A DNA stretch of 50,740 bases, taken from IMG/VR virus record IMGVR_UViG_3300037628_000359, positions 1 to 50,740 of that record; one strand, written 5' to 3'. Made by a program: the position numbers and the translations under genes. This DNA is from a virus. Taxonomy: Duplodnaviria > Caudoviricetes. Below the pieces are notes generated by a model. It was not told the origin of the DNA and did no database searches. It worked only from the letters and a program-made list of their open reading frames with translations. Positions 27,689 through 35,923 of the stretch are shown here, in pieces (the stretch's first letter is position 1; each line of letters begins with the position of its first letter).

Positions 27689-28054
27689 TTAATAGCTTTT
27701 GCCATTAACTTTTTTACGATTTTCTTTTTTATGATCTGGTCGAGTGGCGTTGTATTCAAGTTTTTCCACAATAGCACCACCAAGATCAAGATTTAACGCA
27801 CCGGCTAAGTCGGCAATTCTTATCATTGCATCAGCCAATTCGACCTCAATCATTGCTCTGTGCGGCAATTTATCATCCATTAAGTTTTTGCGATCACCTT
27901 CCATAGCTTCAGCGATTTCAGAAACAATCAGCATTAAGCATCTAGGCACGGTTTCCCAAGTTTTTTCTCTATCCCACCAACCCGCTTTTGAAGCTGCCCC
28001 GTGTGAACTATCAACTAATTCTTGTACGTATTCTTTTAATTTTGCTTTACTCAT
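27689..28054 (-). CDS. MazG-like all-alpha NTP pyrophosphohydrolase
   Basis: LIVSEIAEAMEG...EVELADAMIRI (ExxE...ExxD) metal-binding motif, plus KLEYN-x-TR. Confidence 0.85.
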   Translation of the reverse strand: MSKAKLKEYVQELVDSSHGAASKAGWWDREKTWETVPRCLMLIVSEIAEAMEGDRKNLMDDKLPHRAMIEVELADAMIRIADLAGALNLDLGGAIVEKLEYNATRPDHKKENRKKVNGKSY

Positions 28055-28063
28055 ATCACCCTC

Positions 28064-28312
28064 TCAACTTATCAACTTATCACTAATTAAATTAAAAATG
28101 GTTACTCGTTTACCGTGGCTATGGTTATGCTGCACTCTCGTTAGTGCTGACATTTCCTTAATGGCTCTTTTTGATAAAACGGGGTTTGGGCGGCGACCCA
28201 AATCAGGAGTTTCTTTACTCTGACTGAGTAATTGAACACAGGCCCCGTTATCCATGAAAATATCTATTTCAGTTATGGTGTACGAGTGCCGGCCAATTTT
28301 TAACGTAATCAT
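28064..28312 (-). CDS. Hypothetical protein
   Basis: ORF in the leftward operon. Confidence 0.6.
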   Translation of the reverse strand: MITLKIGRHSYTITEIDIFMDNGACVQLLSQSKETPDLGRRPNPVLSKRAIKEMSALTRVQHNHSHGKRVTIFNLISDKLIS

Positions 28313-28343
28313 ATTAACCCCAAGTATTCTAATTAAATTTATG

Positions 28344-28396
28344 CGCCTAACTCAAAACAGGGTGCTGATCTTACGGGTAGCAGTTCAAGTTAGACG
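28344..28396 (-). other. Intergenic RNA hairpin (~13-bp stem with G-U pairs on the minus strand)
   Basis: CGTCTAACTTGAA...TTTTGAGTTAGGCG encloses a TGCT/AGCA inner stem. Confidence 0.5.
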
Positions 28397-28417
28397 ACTT
28401 TACGCTAGCTAGGCGAT

Positions 28418-28633
28418 TTATTTTTTAGTTGAATCAATGCCGTTTTGAGTTGCATAATTAAGCTCACTAACTACTGAGCGAGCTTGCATAATTGCTTGTT
28501 CAATAATCCGATCTGAACAAGCAAAAGCATTAACAACTATTCCGCAATTTTTCTCATTTAGCGACTCTGATACTTTGCTTTTTAAAATCATATATTCAGC
28601 GACTTGATCGCATAAACCTGTATTACTGGCCAT
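28418..28633 (-). CDS. Hypothetical protein
   Basis: Coupled ORF. Confidence 0.6.
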   Translation of the reverse strand: MASNTGLCDQVAEYMILKSKVSESLNEKNCGIVVNAFACSDRIIEQAIMQARSVVSELNYATQNGIDSTKK

Positions 28634-28851
28634 TACCTTTCCTTAATTGATAAATTATTGTTAATACATTCCAATTCATCACAATGATGAATAATTTCTG
28701 TACTTAACGAGTTACGCAGGGTTTTGACCTCAGCTTCAAGCGCTTTAATTTGTTCATCTTTAGCATTAGCGCGACGAATAAATTTACTGAATTGCTCGGC
28801 AACCTCTTCATCAACTTCATAAGGTAGATTGTTAATATTTACTGTTGCCAT
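28633..28851 (-). CDS. Small coiled-coil protein
   Basis: GAGG RBS; heptad segment. Confidence 0.6.
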   Translation of the reverse strand: MATVNINNLPYEVDEEVAEQFSKFIRRANAKDEQIKALEAEVKTLRNSLSTEIIHHCDELECINNNLSIKER

Positions 28852-28859
28852 ACTAACCT

Positions 28860-29075
28860 CTACGTTAATGTAATTAAGAATGGAGAGTATTCAAAAATCA
28901 ACTTCCATCCATAATAAATAGCAATCCCTAAAAGTATTGTTGCGACCTTGCCATACCATTTTGTCGGTACACCACCAATATTGTATTGTGGTAATGTCTG
29001 CGTACAAATCAGAAAGTAAAAACCTGTACCAAATAAACCAACAATAAATAAAAATATAAATCCAATAATAGCCAT
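28860..29075 (-). CDS. Two-TM membrane protein
   Basis: AAGGG RBS before MAIIGFIFLF; two hydrophobic segments. Confidence 0.6.
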   Translation of the reverse strand: MAIIGFIFLFIVGLFGTGFYFLICTQTLPQYNIGGVPTKWYGKVATILLGIAIYYGWKLIFEYSPFLITLT

Positions 29076-29315
29076 AATTATTCCCTTAGTTTTCCAACTG
29101 ATTTGATAGTTGCAATTTAAGCCGTTTAAGTTCATAAAAATCAACACGCTTAACTACGCCAAAATCACTTAAGTTAATAATTACATCCTGTTTTAAATCT
29201 GAGCCAAGCAAGAAGCATTTTAGCCAAAAAAATCTAGCTTCTGAATCAAAGCGCCATAACCATCTAAACGCTTGGTATTTATTCATAGCGGTAACTCTAA
29301 GCATGGTAAGTACCC

Positions 29316-29585
29316 TTATTTCAAAGCCGTATTAAGTTTAGCTTTAACTTCGTTCAAATCAGATAAACGATGAAACACGCCGACTAAATCAGGGTGTTCG
29401 CCAATGATTAATTGATAGGTATGGCGAGTATCAGCAAAGACAGCGGCTAGATGTTTAATACCATCACGAACGATTGTAAAAACAGCTATAGGAGCTTCGT
29501 CGTTAGCAGCGATAATCAGCGCTTTAATTTCTTTGATTCCCTTAGGGTGAAACATTTCTGTTGTTGATATAAATTTGTATGGCAT
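29316..29585 (-). CDS. Hypothetical protein (start MPYKF)
   Basis: AAGGA RBS before ATG 29585; the longer track start runs into the structured element. Confidence 0.55.
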   Translation of the reverse strand: MPYKFISTTEMFHPKGIKEIKALIIAANDEAPIAVFTIVRDGIKHLAAVFADTRHTYQLIIGEHPDLVGVFHRLSDLNEVKAKLNTALK

Positions 29586-29612
29586 GGTAAATCCTTTATT
29601 TGATTTATTGGC

Positions 29613-29791
29613 AGTCTGTATTAAAAATGAGTTAGGTAGGTCGTAACCCCTACTAAGAGTCGCTTTCGACACCAGAGTTTTTTTAAGCCGTACTCAAGAG
29701 GTATTGTTGCTAACCAAAACCTCAAACGTAAAGTGCTTTTCTTTTAAGCGATTCTACTTTCAGCGCCGCTAACTCATTTTTAATACAGACT
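29613..29791 (-). ncRNA. Putative 179-nt structured RNA closed by a perfect 23-bp inverted repeat
   Basis: AGTCTGTATTAAAAATGAGTTAG (29613-29635) pairs with 29769-29791; five internal hairpins including GTCG-AAAG-CGAC and GTAGG/CCTAC. Confidence 0.7.
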
Positions 29792-29886
29792 ATTGTTTTG
29801 AGGCTTTAATTATTAGCCTTAACTGTTGAATTGTAAAAGGATTTCTTAGAACCAATAAGCATAAAGAAAAGATTAATATAACCAGA

Positions 29887-30330
29887 TTAAAACCAACTCA
29901 ACAATTGATTAATAACGTTATCATCAGCACCATCATTAAATATATTATCTAGTGCCGCTTGAGTCATTCGTTTATAAAATACTTGCCTTTCATCATCCGG
30001 CATTGACTCGTATTTCAAGCTTAAAGGCACTATTTCAAAGTGTATTCCATCACGGTTAAATACTTGCTTATGGTAACCGGCTGCAATGGTTAACTTGCGC
30101 CTGGTGCGGTCAAATTGATACTGGCATTTACTAGCCTCCATATCACCGTAATAGTAATTAGTGCAAAATTTAAAAAAGCCGAATATTTTTTTGTGAAGTT
30201 CGTAGTTATGATTAACTTTAACATCAGCGCTATAAACATCGCCTTTTTTAAGTTTGGCTATCTTGAGTTCGGCCTCTTCATCTACCGGCCAAAATTTACC
30301 ATTAGCGGTTTTAATAAAATTAATTATCAT
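29887..30330 (-). CDS. DUF1367-like (NinB/Orf-related) protein
   Basis: NYELHKKIFGFF...LTIAAGYH...PLSLKYESM pattern. Confidence 0.75.
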   Translation of the reverse strand: MIINFIKTANGKFWPVDEEAELKIAKLKKGDVYSADVKVNHNYELHKKIFGFFKFCTNYYYGDMEASKCQYQFDRTRRKLTIAAGYHKQVFNRDGIHFEIVPLSLKYESMPDDERQVFYKRMTQAALDNIFNDGADDNVINQLLSWF

Positions 30331-31265
30331 AATAAACCTTTAAAAATATGCACTATCACATCGTGAGTCCATCCATTGCCAAGCATCTTGTATAATTGAG
30401 TATTACTAATACCTGAATTTAATAGTGTATCTATGTGGCGCTCTGGTACTGTTTGTAGTCTTGCGCATTCGCGTGGAGTAAGTTGCCGGCATAGTCCTTT
30501 ATCCCTCATCTCGCTAAACGCACCAGATTGTGTCGCTAGCGCCGGCCGGCCATCTCCGTTAATTCCTTTATAGTAAGCAACCGTTAAGCATAAAAACTTA
30601 TCGCCGCCGGTTAAATTTATTTGTCTTGGTGTACCCTTTCGTACCGTGGCTGGTTTAAGATCTATATCTGACGGCTCAATTACCGACTTATAAGTAATTC
30701 CACTTTCAACTGGTTGCTCAATCCCGGCAATATTTGTCCAATAATATCTAACGCGATTCTGAGCGCTTACCAGGGCGCTGTTAATACAAATAGGATTAAC
30801 ACCAAACAAATTATTAATGTAATCAAGAAACTCTTTTTTCATCTTGACGTTTTCAAACATAAATTTAACCGGTTTTTTTCCTACCGCAGCGCGACATAAA
30901 TTAATTTGCTTCCATATACTTATTAAATCGTGAACTAATGCGCCGCGGGGGTCGTTATCACCTTTTTGTTTTCCTGCCATAGACCACGCCTGGCATGGGA
31001 AACCTGCCAGTAATAAATCAACATCACCTAAATCAAAGTCTTGATTGATAAATTCCCAATCCTGCCACTTAGTCATATCACCCAATTGAATTGTGTCCGG
31101 GAATAAAAGTTGCGCTGCGAGTATTGCGTGTTTATCAATTTCGCTAGAATAATAATTAGCAACCGGTATGTTTAAAGTTTCTAATGCCATTCGCCCAAAG
31201 CTCATGCCGTTAAATAAACTCAATACGGTTATTTCATCGGTTACTTTCAATTTTTTATCATTCAT
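30327..31265 (-). CDS. DNA (cytosine-C5) methyltransferase
   Basis: LSLFNGM, AGFPCQ, FENV, Q-x-R-x-R and ARLQ...LGNGW motifs. Confidence 0.93.
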   Translation of the reverse strand: MNDKKLKVTDEITVLSLFNGMSFGRMALETLNIPVANYYSSEIDKHAILAAQLLFPDTIQLGDMTKWQDWEFINQDFDLGDVDLLLAGFPCQAWSMAGKQKGDNDPRGALVHDLISIWKQINLCRAAVGKKPVKFMFENVKMKKEFLDYINNLFGVNPICINSALVSAQNRVRYYWTNIAGIEQPVESGITYKSVIEPSDIDLKPATVRKGTPRQINLTGGDKFLCLTVAYYKGINGDGRPALATQSGAFSEMRDKGLCRQLTPRECARLQTVPERHIDTLLNSGISNTQLYKMLGNGWTHDVIVHIFKGLL

Positions 31266-31307
31266 TGTATTATCCAGTTGTTGTTATTGCTGTTGCTCAA
31301 GTGTTTT

Positions 31308-31339
31308 GCCGCTATCCTTTATTGAATAGCGGCTTTTTT
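31308..31339 (+). terminator. Hairpin with plus-strand T-tract inside the leftward operon
   Basis: GCCGCTAT...ATAGCGGC followed by TTTTTT. Confidence 0.55.
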
Positions 31340-31871
31340 ATTTTCCATACAATTCTTTTTTAGTAATATAAGTTGTAACCCTTGCGCCAATTTTGAACGG
31401 GTTAAATATCAAAACAAATTGCGGTTTATTATTTTGTTTGCCGGGATTACCTTCAGCATCATGAAATGCGATTCTTCCGATAGAATAACCACCTGATTCT
31501 TTTTCATCACCGATAAGAAAACGAACTTCGCTTAAAAACTTAATAGCTTCAGCGAACCAACTAACACTAGTATCAGCATTAAGCACCATGACAACGCCAA
31601 GCCCTTTTGATTGAGCTAAAACCGCTTGTTTAACCCATGGCATTGGCTTTGAATAAGGTGGATTACAATAAACATACTTAGTTGAAACACTATCAGTAAA
31701 ATAAGTTTTTATTTCTTCATCCCAATCAAAGCTAAGGCTATCTTGATTTTCAGTAAATCCAATAGAACAAAGTTGATTTTCTCTATTGCAAGCCATGTCA
31801 GCCACAAAGTTAAATTCTTTATTCAAAGTATTGAACACTTCAGGCGGAGTCCGCCAATTATCATTTGACAT
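31338..31871 (-). CDS. Phage N6-adenine DNA methyltransferase (Dam-phage family)
   Basis: DNWRTP, DMAC, CNPPYS, DTSVSWF and GRIAF motifs. Confidence 0.9.
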   Translation of the reverse strand: MSNDNWRTPPEVFNTLNKEFNFVADMACNRENQLCSIGFTENQDSLSFDWDEEIKTYFTDSVSTKYVYCNPPYSKPMPWVKQAVLAQSKGLGVVMVLNADTSVSWFAEAIKFLSEVRFLIGDEKESGGYSIGRIAFHDAEGNPGKQNNKPQFVLIFNPFKIGARVTTYITKKELYGK

Positions 31872-32335
31872 TAGCGAATAACTCCTTCAATTTTGGCTTT
31901 GTTATAGCCAGCCATATATAAAATGATGTTTCCAACAGGGTTGGGTTCTAAACCTAGCAAGCCATCTTGGAAACCTATGTTGTAATAAATCATGATTTGT
32001 TATCCTTTTTAGGGGTTGAAATATAATTAAGAATAAGCATTGAAGCCCACCATTCAAAAGACCAACTTTTAACGCCAAGTAGCGCAAGAATTAAAATGAT
32101 AGTAGCGCCGGTTATAAGGGCTCTTAAGTATTTATTCATATTGATTCCTTGTTGTTTAAACTGCTATACCGATATTAAAAAACTAAATTAATAAATCCAA
32201 CTATCATCCATGCATATACCATTACTGCGAATAACTTCTCATTAAATACCATGTGAGCAGATATAGCTCTGCCAGTATCTTTTTCTAATACAGAAGAAAT
32301 AAACCAAATAATAGACAATAACTGTGCTAACTCGA

Positions 32336-32364
32336 TCATCTTCTTTATCTCCGTTATTAGTTAA
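32336..32364. repeat. 29-bp direct repeat, copy 1 (flanks the D12 MTase)
   Basis: TCATCTTCTTTATCTCCGTTATTAGTTAA, identical to 33073-33101. Confidence 0.9.
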
Positions 32365-33076
32365 TTAAACTCTCATAAGTAAAAAGCCTCTCTATACTGT
32401 TTTTGTTTCCGCCAATTTTTCCATTGGCACTTAATGAACTTTTAACTTCTTTTTGCCAAACACAATTGAAATCTTCTGGCGCGTTATATTCAGAAATAAA
32501 AATACTATGACCTTGTTTTGATTTTTCTCTGCACCATTGCCAGAAAGCATCATGATCAAAATTGTCTTTATATTTTGTTGTTCCCTTATACGGAGGATCA
32601 CAATAAACAATGCTGTTAGGAGGAATATCTAATTCATCATATCCAGCACAAACAAACTTAATACCTTTGATGTTTGGTAATTGCTTTATTACATTGGCTA
32701 AAGCTTCAGCTTGATAGTCTCTAACTCCGCCTTTAGTATTTACTTTTCCAGCAAAACCGCCAAACCATTTACCCGAATAAGAACAGCAAATACCAACCCA
32801 GCCAACCAAATGTTTAGGGTAATCTTGCTTGTTGTTTTTAATTGCTTGATATTGCTCTTTTGTGATCACTGGTGGCAACCAGCCTTTTTCTAATTGAATC
32901 CACATTTCAGCAATATATTCATTTAATTCACCGCCGATACGAATGCCATCAACTTTATCAATTGAATTAGCACCACCAACCATAGGCTCAACATACGGCT
33001 GCTTAGGCTTCCTATCCTTTAAAATTATTGGCAAGATATGTTTTGCTATTCTCGCCTTGCTGCCCATGTACTTCAT
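32357..33076 (-). CDS. D12-class N6-adenine DNA methyltransferase
   Basis: MKYMGSK, EPMVGGA, YCDPPY and FISEY motifs. Confidence 0.92.
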   Translation of the reverse strand: MKYMGSKARIAKHILPIILKDRKPKQPYVEPMVGGANSIDKVDGIRIGGELNEYIAEMWIQLEKGWLPPVITKEQYQAIKNNKQDYPKHLVGWVGICCSYSGKWFGGFAGKVNTKGGVRDYQAEALANVIKQLPNIKGIKFVCAGYDELDIPPNSIVYCDPPYKGTTKYKDNFDHDAFWQWCREKSKQGHSIFISEYNAPEDFNCVWQKEVKSSLSANGKIGGNKNSIERLFTYESLIN

Positions 33077-33101
33077 CTTCTTTATCTCCGTTATTAGTTA
33101 A
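33073..33101. repeat. 29-bp direct repeat, copy 2
   Basis: Identical to 32336-32364. Confidence 0.9.
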
Positions 33102-33376
33102 ATTAATTCAAGCTCAGCATTGGTCGTATATTCAAACAAATAACCGCCAGTTTTATCGTTAATTTCTTCGCGAGTTAAATAACCTTTACTAAAGAGATTT
33201 TTTAATTGCTGAGATGCGTTTTGAACACAAATATCATATTGATCTGCAATGTCTCGGCTAGTTGCTTTTTTGCCATGCAAATACTGAATTAATTCAAACT
33301 GCCTTTTGCTTATTGATAACTCTCTCAATCTCACATAGTTGTTAATTGATATTTTCATTAATTCGATATTAGTCAT
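33098..33376 (-). CDS. Winged-helix DNA-binding protein
   Basis: SRDIADQYDICVQNASQQLKNLFSKGYLTR followed by a beta wing. Confidence 0.75.
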   Translation of the reverse strand: MTNIELMKISINNYVRLRELSISKRQFELIQYLHGKKATSRDIADQYDICVQNASQQLKNLFSKGYLTREEINDKTGGYLFEYTTNAELELI

Positions 33377-33403
33377 GTTATTGCCTTATTAGTTAATTCC
33401 TAT

Positions 33404-33955
33404 TTAAAAACCAATGTTCTTTAATTGGATCATAGTTTGCGGCCCGTAATGCCTGTATAAATATTTATCTTTCATTTCTTTTTTAATAGAAGATGGTATT
33501 TGATCAATACTGGTTAGTTGATGTTGCTTAAGAAGATTTAAAACTTCTGCTTCAGTATTAATTCCAATAGATTGATCCTGCTCCTGCTTGCTTATTTCAG
33601 TCATTACATGCTCAGGATTAAAACCAGTCCAACCACCAACAACCGCTGGAGCTAATGACTCATTCACCGTAAGCCCATTTTTAGATAATGTATGTAAGTG
33701 CGGTGCAATCGTATCAATATAAGTTTGAGTCATAATACAGCCGCGCTTAGCTCTTCGAGACTTGATTAAATCCTCAAAAATACGTCTGTCCGGCACGGTC
33801 GGCCACTCTGAAAAATCCCACCCACCGAAGCTAGTCTCAGTCTCAGGCTTTTCCGGTGATAAATTTTGCACAGCCCAAGTGACAGCATCACGGTCAGTTT
33901 TATTTAAGTGCACGCATTCAGACATTAAGACTAATCGCTTTAGTTCTTTGCACAT
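33404..33955 (-). CDS. Replication-initiator C-terminal-like domain protein
   Basis: F..W...RRAKR..MTQT...G.T...L......GWTGF resembles the C-terminal domain of lambdoid replication initiators. Confidence 0.5.
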   Translation of the reverse strand: MCKELKRLVLMSECVHLNKTDRDAVTWAVQNLSPEKPETETSFGGWDFSEWPTVPDRRIFEDLIKSRRAKRGCIMTQTYIDTIAPHLHTLSKNGLTVNESLAPAVVGGWTGFNPEHVMTEISKQEQDQSIGINTEAEVLNLLKQHQLTSIDQIPSSIKKEMKDKYLYRHYGPQTMIQLKNIGF

Positions 33956-34155
33956 GGCATATAACTCACTTTTTTATCAATGATTTTCTCCAAACCGATA
34001 TCTTTTAAAATATCTTTGGTCGGCTCCTTTTTACCAAGAGTAATATTATTTATATGAGTTGTTGAAAACCCTTTATGATTTGCGTAACTAACTTCAGTGC
34101 CAAAGTTATCGGCGATGTATTTCTTTAATTTTGTGATCATACTTTTTTTATTCAA
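33940..34155 (-). CDS. Cro-like HTH protein
   Basis: EVSYANHKGFSTTHINNITLGKKEP; first gene of the leftward early operon; TTG start. Confidence 0.7.
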   Translation of the reverse strand: MNKKSMITKLKKYIADNFGTEVSYANHKGFSTTHINNITLGKKEPTKDILKDIGLEKIIDKKVSYMPCAKN

Positions 34156-34185
34156 TTGTAAACCCTCGTTTATGTGATTAATTTA

Positions 34186-34266
34186 ATTATACTCTTAGAT
34201 GAACTAATTACAAGTTTAAATTAAAACTAGATTGAGGTTGATTAAATTATGTTTATTTGTTAAGGT
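34186..34266. promoter_or_regulatory. Divergent early promoter region
   Basis: Minus: TTGTAA-16-TATAAT (34213-34186). Plus: TTGATT-17-TAAGGT (34238-34266). (G/T)TGATTAA occurs three times nearby. Confidence 0.55.
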
Positions 34267-34292
34267 TAATACGTGATTAAATAAAAGGAAAA

Positions 34293-34841
34293 ATGATGAA
34301 ATATAAAAACATTAAAAAAGGTATGGAGTTTACCAAAACCAAGGCATCGTCAGATTATTTTACCAAAGGTGAGAATTATACGGTAGTTGATAAATATGAT
34401 TTCATGGTAGGTTTTATTAGTGATACAGGGAATGATCACTCGCTGAGCATGGGTTTTTTAAAGGATAATTTTGAATTATTTATTAAAACTCCAATATACA
34501 CGCAAGCCATGGCAGACAATGGCGAGTTACCTAGTGTTGGTATGGAGTGTATGGTTCAAGTATCAGAAGGTTTTTTATTTGAGAAATGTGAGGTTATAGG
34601 TCTATACAAAGATGAAATTTTATGTATTTATCTTTATGGTGCTAATTCAGTTTACGGTGTAAACCTAAAAAATAAAGGGTATGTTTTTGAGCCTATCGAT
34701 ACCCGTAGCAACGAACAAAAAGCTATTGATAATTTATTAAAAATAACAGGTAGCGAATTAACTAAAACAGCAATGGCATCATATATATTAAACAACATAA
34801 AAAGTGGTCGCATTCACGGTGTAACATTCAATAATATTTAA
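34293..34841 (+). CDS. Hypothetical early protein
   Basis: YTQAMADNGELPSVGMEC motif typical of marine phage hypotheticals. Confidence 0.7.
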   Translation: MMKYKNIKKGMEFTKTKASSDYFTKGENYTVVDKYDFMVGFISDTGNDHSLSMGFLKDNFELFIKTPIYTQAMADNGELPSVGMECMVQVSEGFLFEKCEVIGLYKDEILCIYLYGANSVYGVNLKNKGYVFEPIDTRSNEQKAIDNLLKITGSELTKTAMASYILNNIKSGRIHGVTFNNI

Positions 34842-35405
34842 TCTATTCAACAATAAAGGATAAGAAGATGAGTAAGAAAAACTATTTCATATATGATGAT
34901 CGAGCTAACTACGATGTTAAATCAGCGCGGGCAATTGAGTGCTTTAAGGCTATAAACGATAACGAAGCAGCAAAGTATCACGCTAGAAATTACAAAGGCC
35001 ATGACACGGTGCTGTGTGATTCTGAAGATAAAATTATTTATTAAGGAGTAATAATATGAGTAACGATATGTGCGGATGGGCGATGTTAACCCTATCAATA
35101 TTTCTTTTTATTGCTGGAAATACTAACGGAGCGCTTACGTGCTCATGCACCGCAATTATTTTATTTTCATTAAAGGAGTAAGTAATGAGTGAGTTAAAAG
35201 AACTTCTTAATGATGCGTTTATAACAGCAAACAGCACTCCTTCAGGGGAATATAGCGTAAACATAAAAGTTAGAACATTGAAAGAGTGCCATCTTGTTCA
35301 TAGGGAAATCATAAATATAAGACAAGGGAAAGTTAAACTTGAAAAAGGATAATAAATAAACGATAATAGTTGTGCAGTGTGATAGCTGTTTGAATTGAAA
35401 TTGAT

Positions 35406-35492
35406 AAAGGGTAATTAAAACTGTGATCTTTGGTGGGTTTTACATCAATTTCACCCCTCTATCAACAGAGTGATCAGTTTTAAGTACCTTTT
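35406..35492 (+). ncRNA. Putative long-stem RNA upstream of the tRNA cluster
   Basis: AAAGGGTAATTAAAACTG pairs with CAGTTTTAAGTACCTTTT (17 of 18 pairs, one G-U), with inner GGGT/ACCC. Confidence 0.55.
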
Positions 35493-35507
35493 TTAATGCT
35501 TAAAATT

Positions 35508-35584
35508 CAGGGTGTAGGGCAGTCTGGTAGCCTGTTTGACTTGGAATCAAAATGTCGGAGGTTCGAATCCTCCCACCTTGACCA
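35508..35584 (+). tRNA. tRNA-Pro(UGG)
   Basis: Cloverleaf; anticodon arm TTTGA-CTTGGAA-TCAAA, GTTCGAATC T-loop, encoded CCA. Confidence 0.93.
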
Positions 35585-35593
35585 CTTTATTAT

Positions 35594-35670
35594 GCGTCCT
35601 TGGCCCAATTGGCAGAGGCATAAGACTTAAAATCTTAGAGTTCTGGGTTCGACTCCCAGAGGACGCACCA
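35594..35670 (+). tRNA. tRNA-Leu(UAA), short variable loop
   Basis: GCGTCCT/AGGACGC acceptor, TAAGA-CTTAAAA-TCTTA, 5-nt variable loop, A73, CCA. Confidence 0.9.
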
Positions 35671-35674
35671 TAAT

Positions 35675-35751
35675 ACCCCTTTAGCCCAATTGGTAGAGGC
35701 GCTAGATTTAGAATCTAGATGTTCACAGTTCGACTCTGTGAGGGGGTACCA
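35675..35751 (+). tRNA. tRNA-Leu(UAG), short variable loop
   Basis: ACCCCTT/AGGGGGT acceptor, CTAGA-TTTAGAA-TCTAG, 5-nt variable loop, A73, CCA. Confidence 0.9.
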
Positions 35752-35768
35752 ACCTTTCAAGCATCTCC

Positions 35769-35885
35769 ATAGTCTGTATTAGTGAAATGAGTTACAGGGA
35801 ACGTCCTTTTGATGGCTATTGATAAGCCTAGGTGACAGATAAATTAATCTCTTATCCTGTTAGCTCATTTCACAATACAGATTAT
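35769..35885 (+). ncRNA. Putative 117-nt structured RNA with ~29-bp closing stem
   Basis: ATAGTCTGTATT-A-GTGAAATGAGTTA-CAGG pairs with CCTG-T-TAGCTCATTTCAC-AATACAGATTAT; both non-WC pairs are G-U on +. Confidence 0.7.
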
Positions 35886-35923
35886 CAACTGCCGATGTTC
35901 TCGGTAATCAACGTACAAAATAT

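Noticed and set aside
29613-29791. Complete retron or DGR
   Set aside because: No reverse transcriptase ORF and no TR/VR pair were seen anywhere in the genome.
35675-35751. Amber suppressor tRNA or stop-codon recoding
   Set aside because: Anticodon UAG reads CUA (Leu), not the UAG stop, and TAG-terminated genes such as terL are full length under code 11.
35508-35751. tRNA 3' ends as attP for integration
   Set aside because: No integrase was found and there is no duplicated tRNA fragment.
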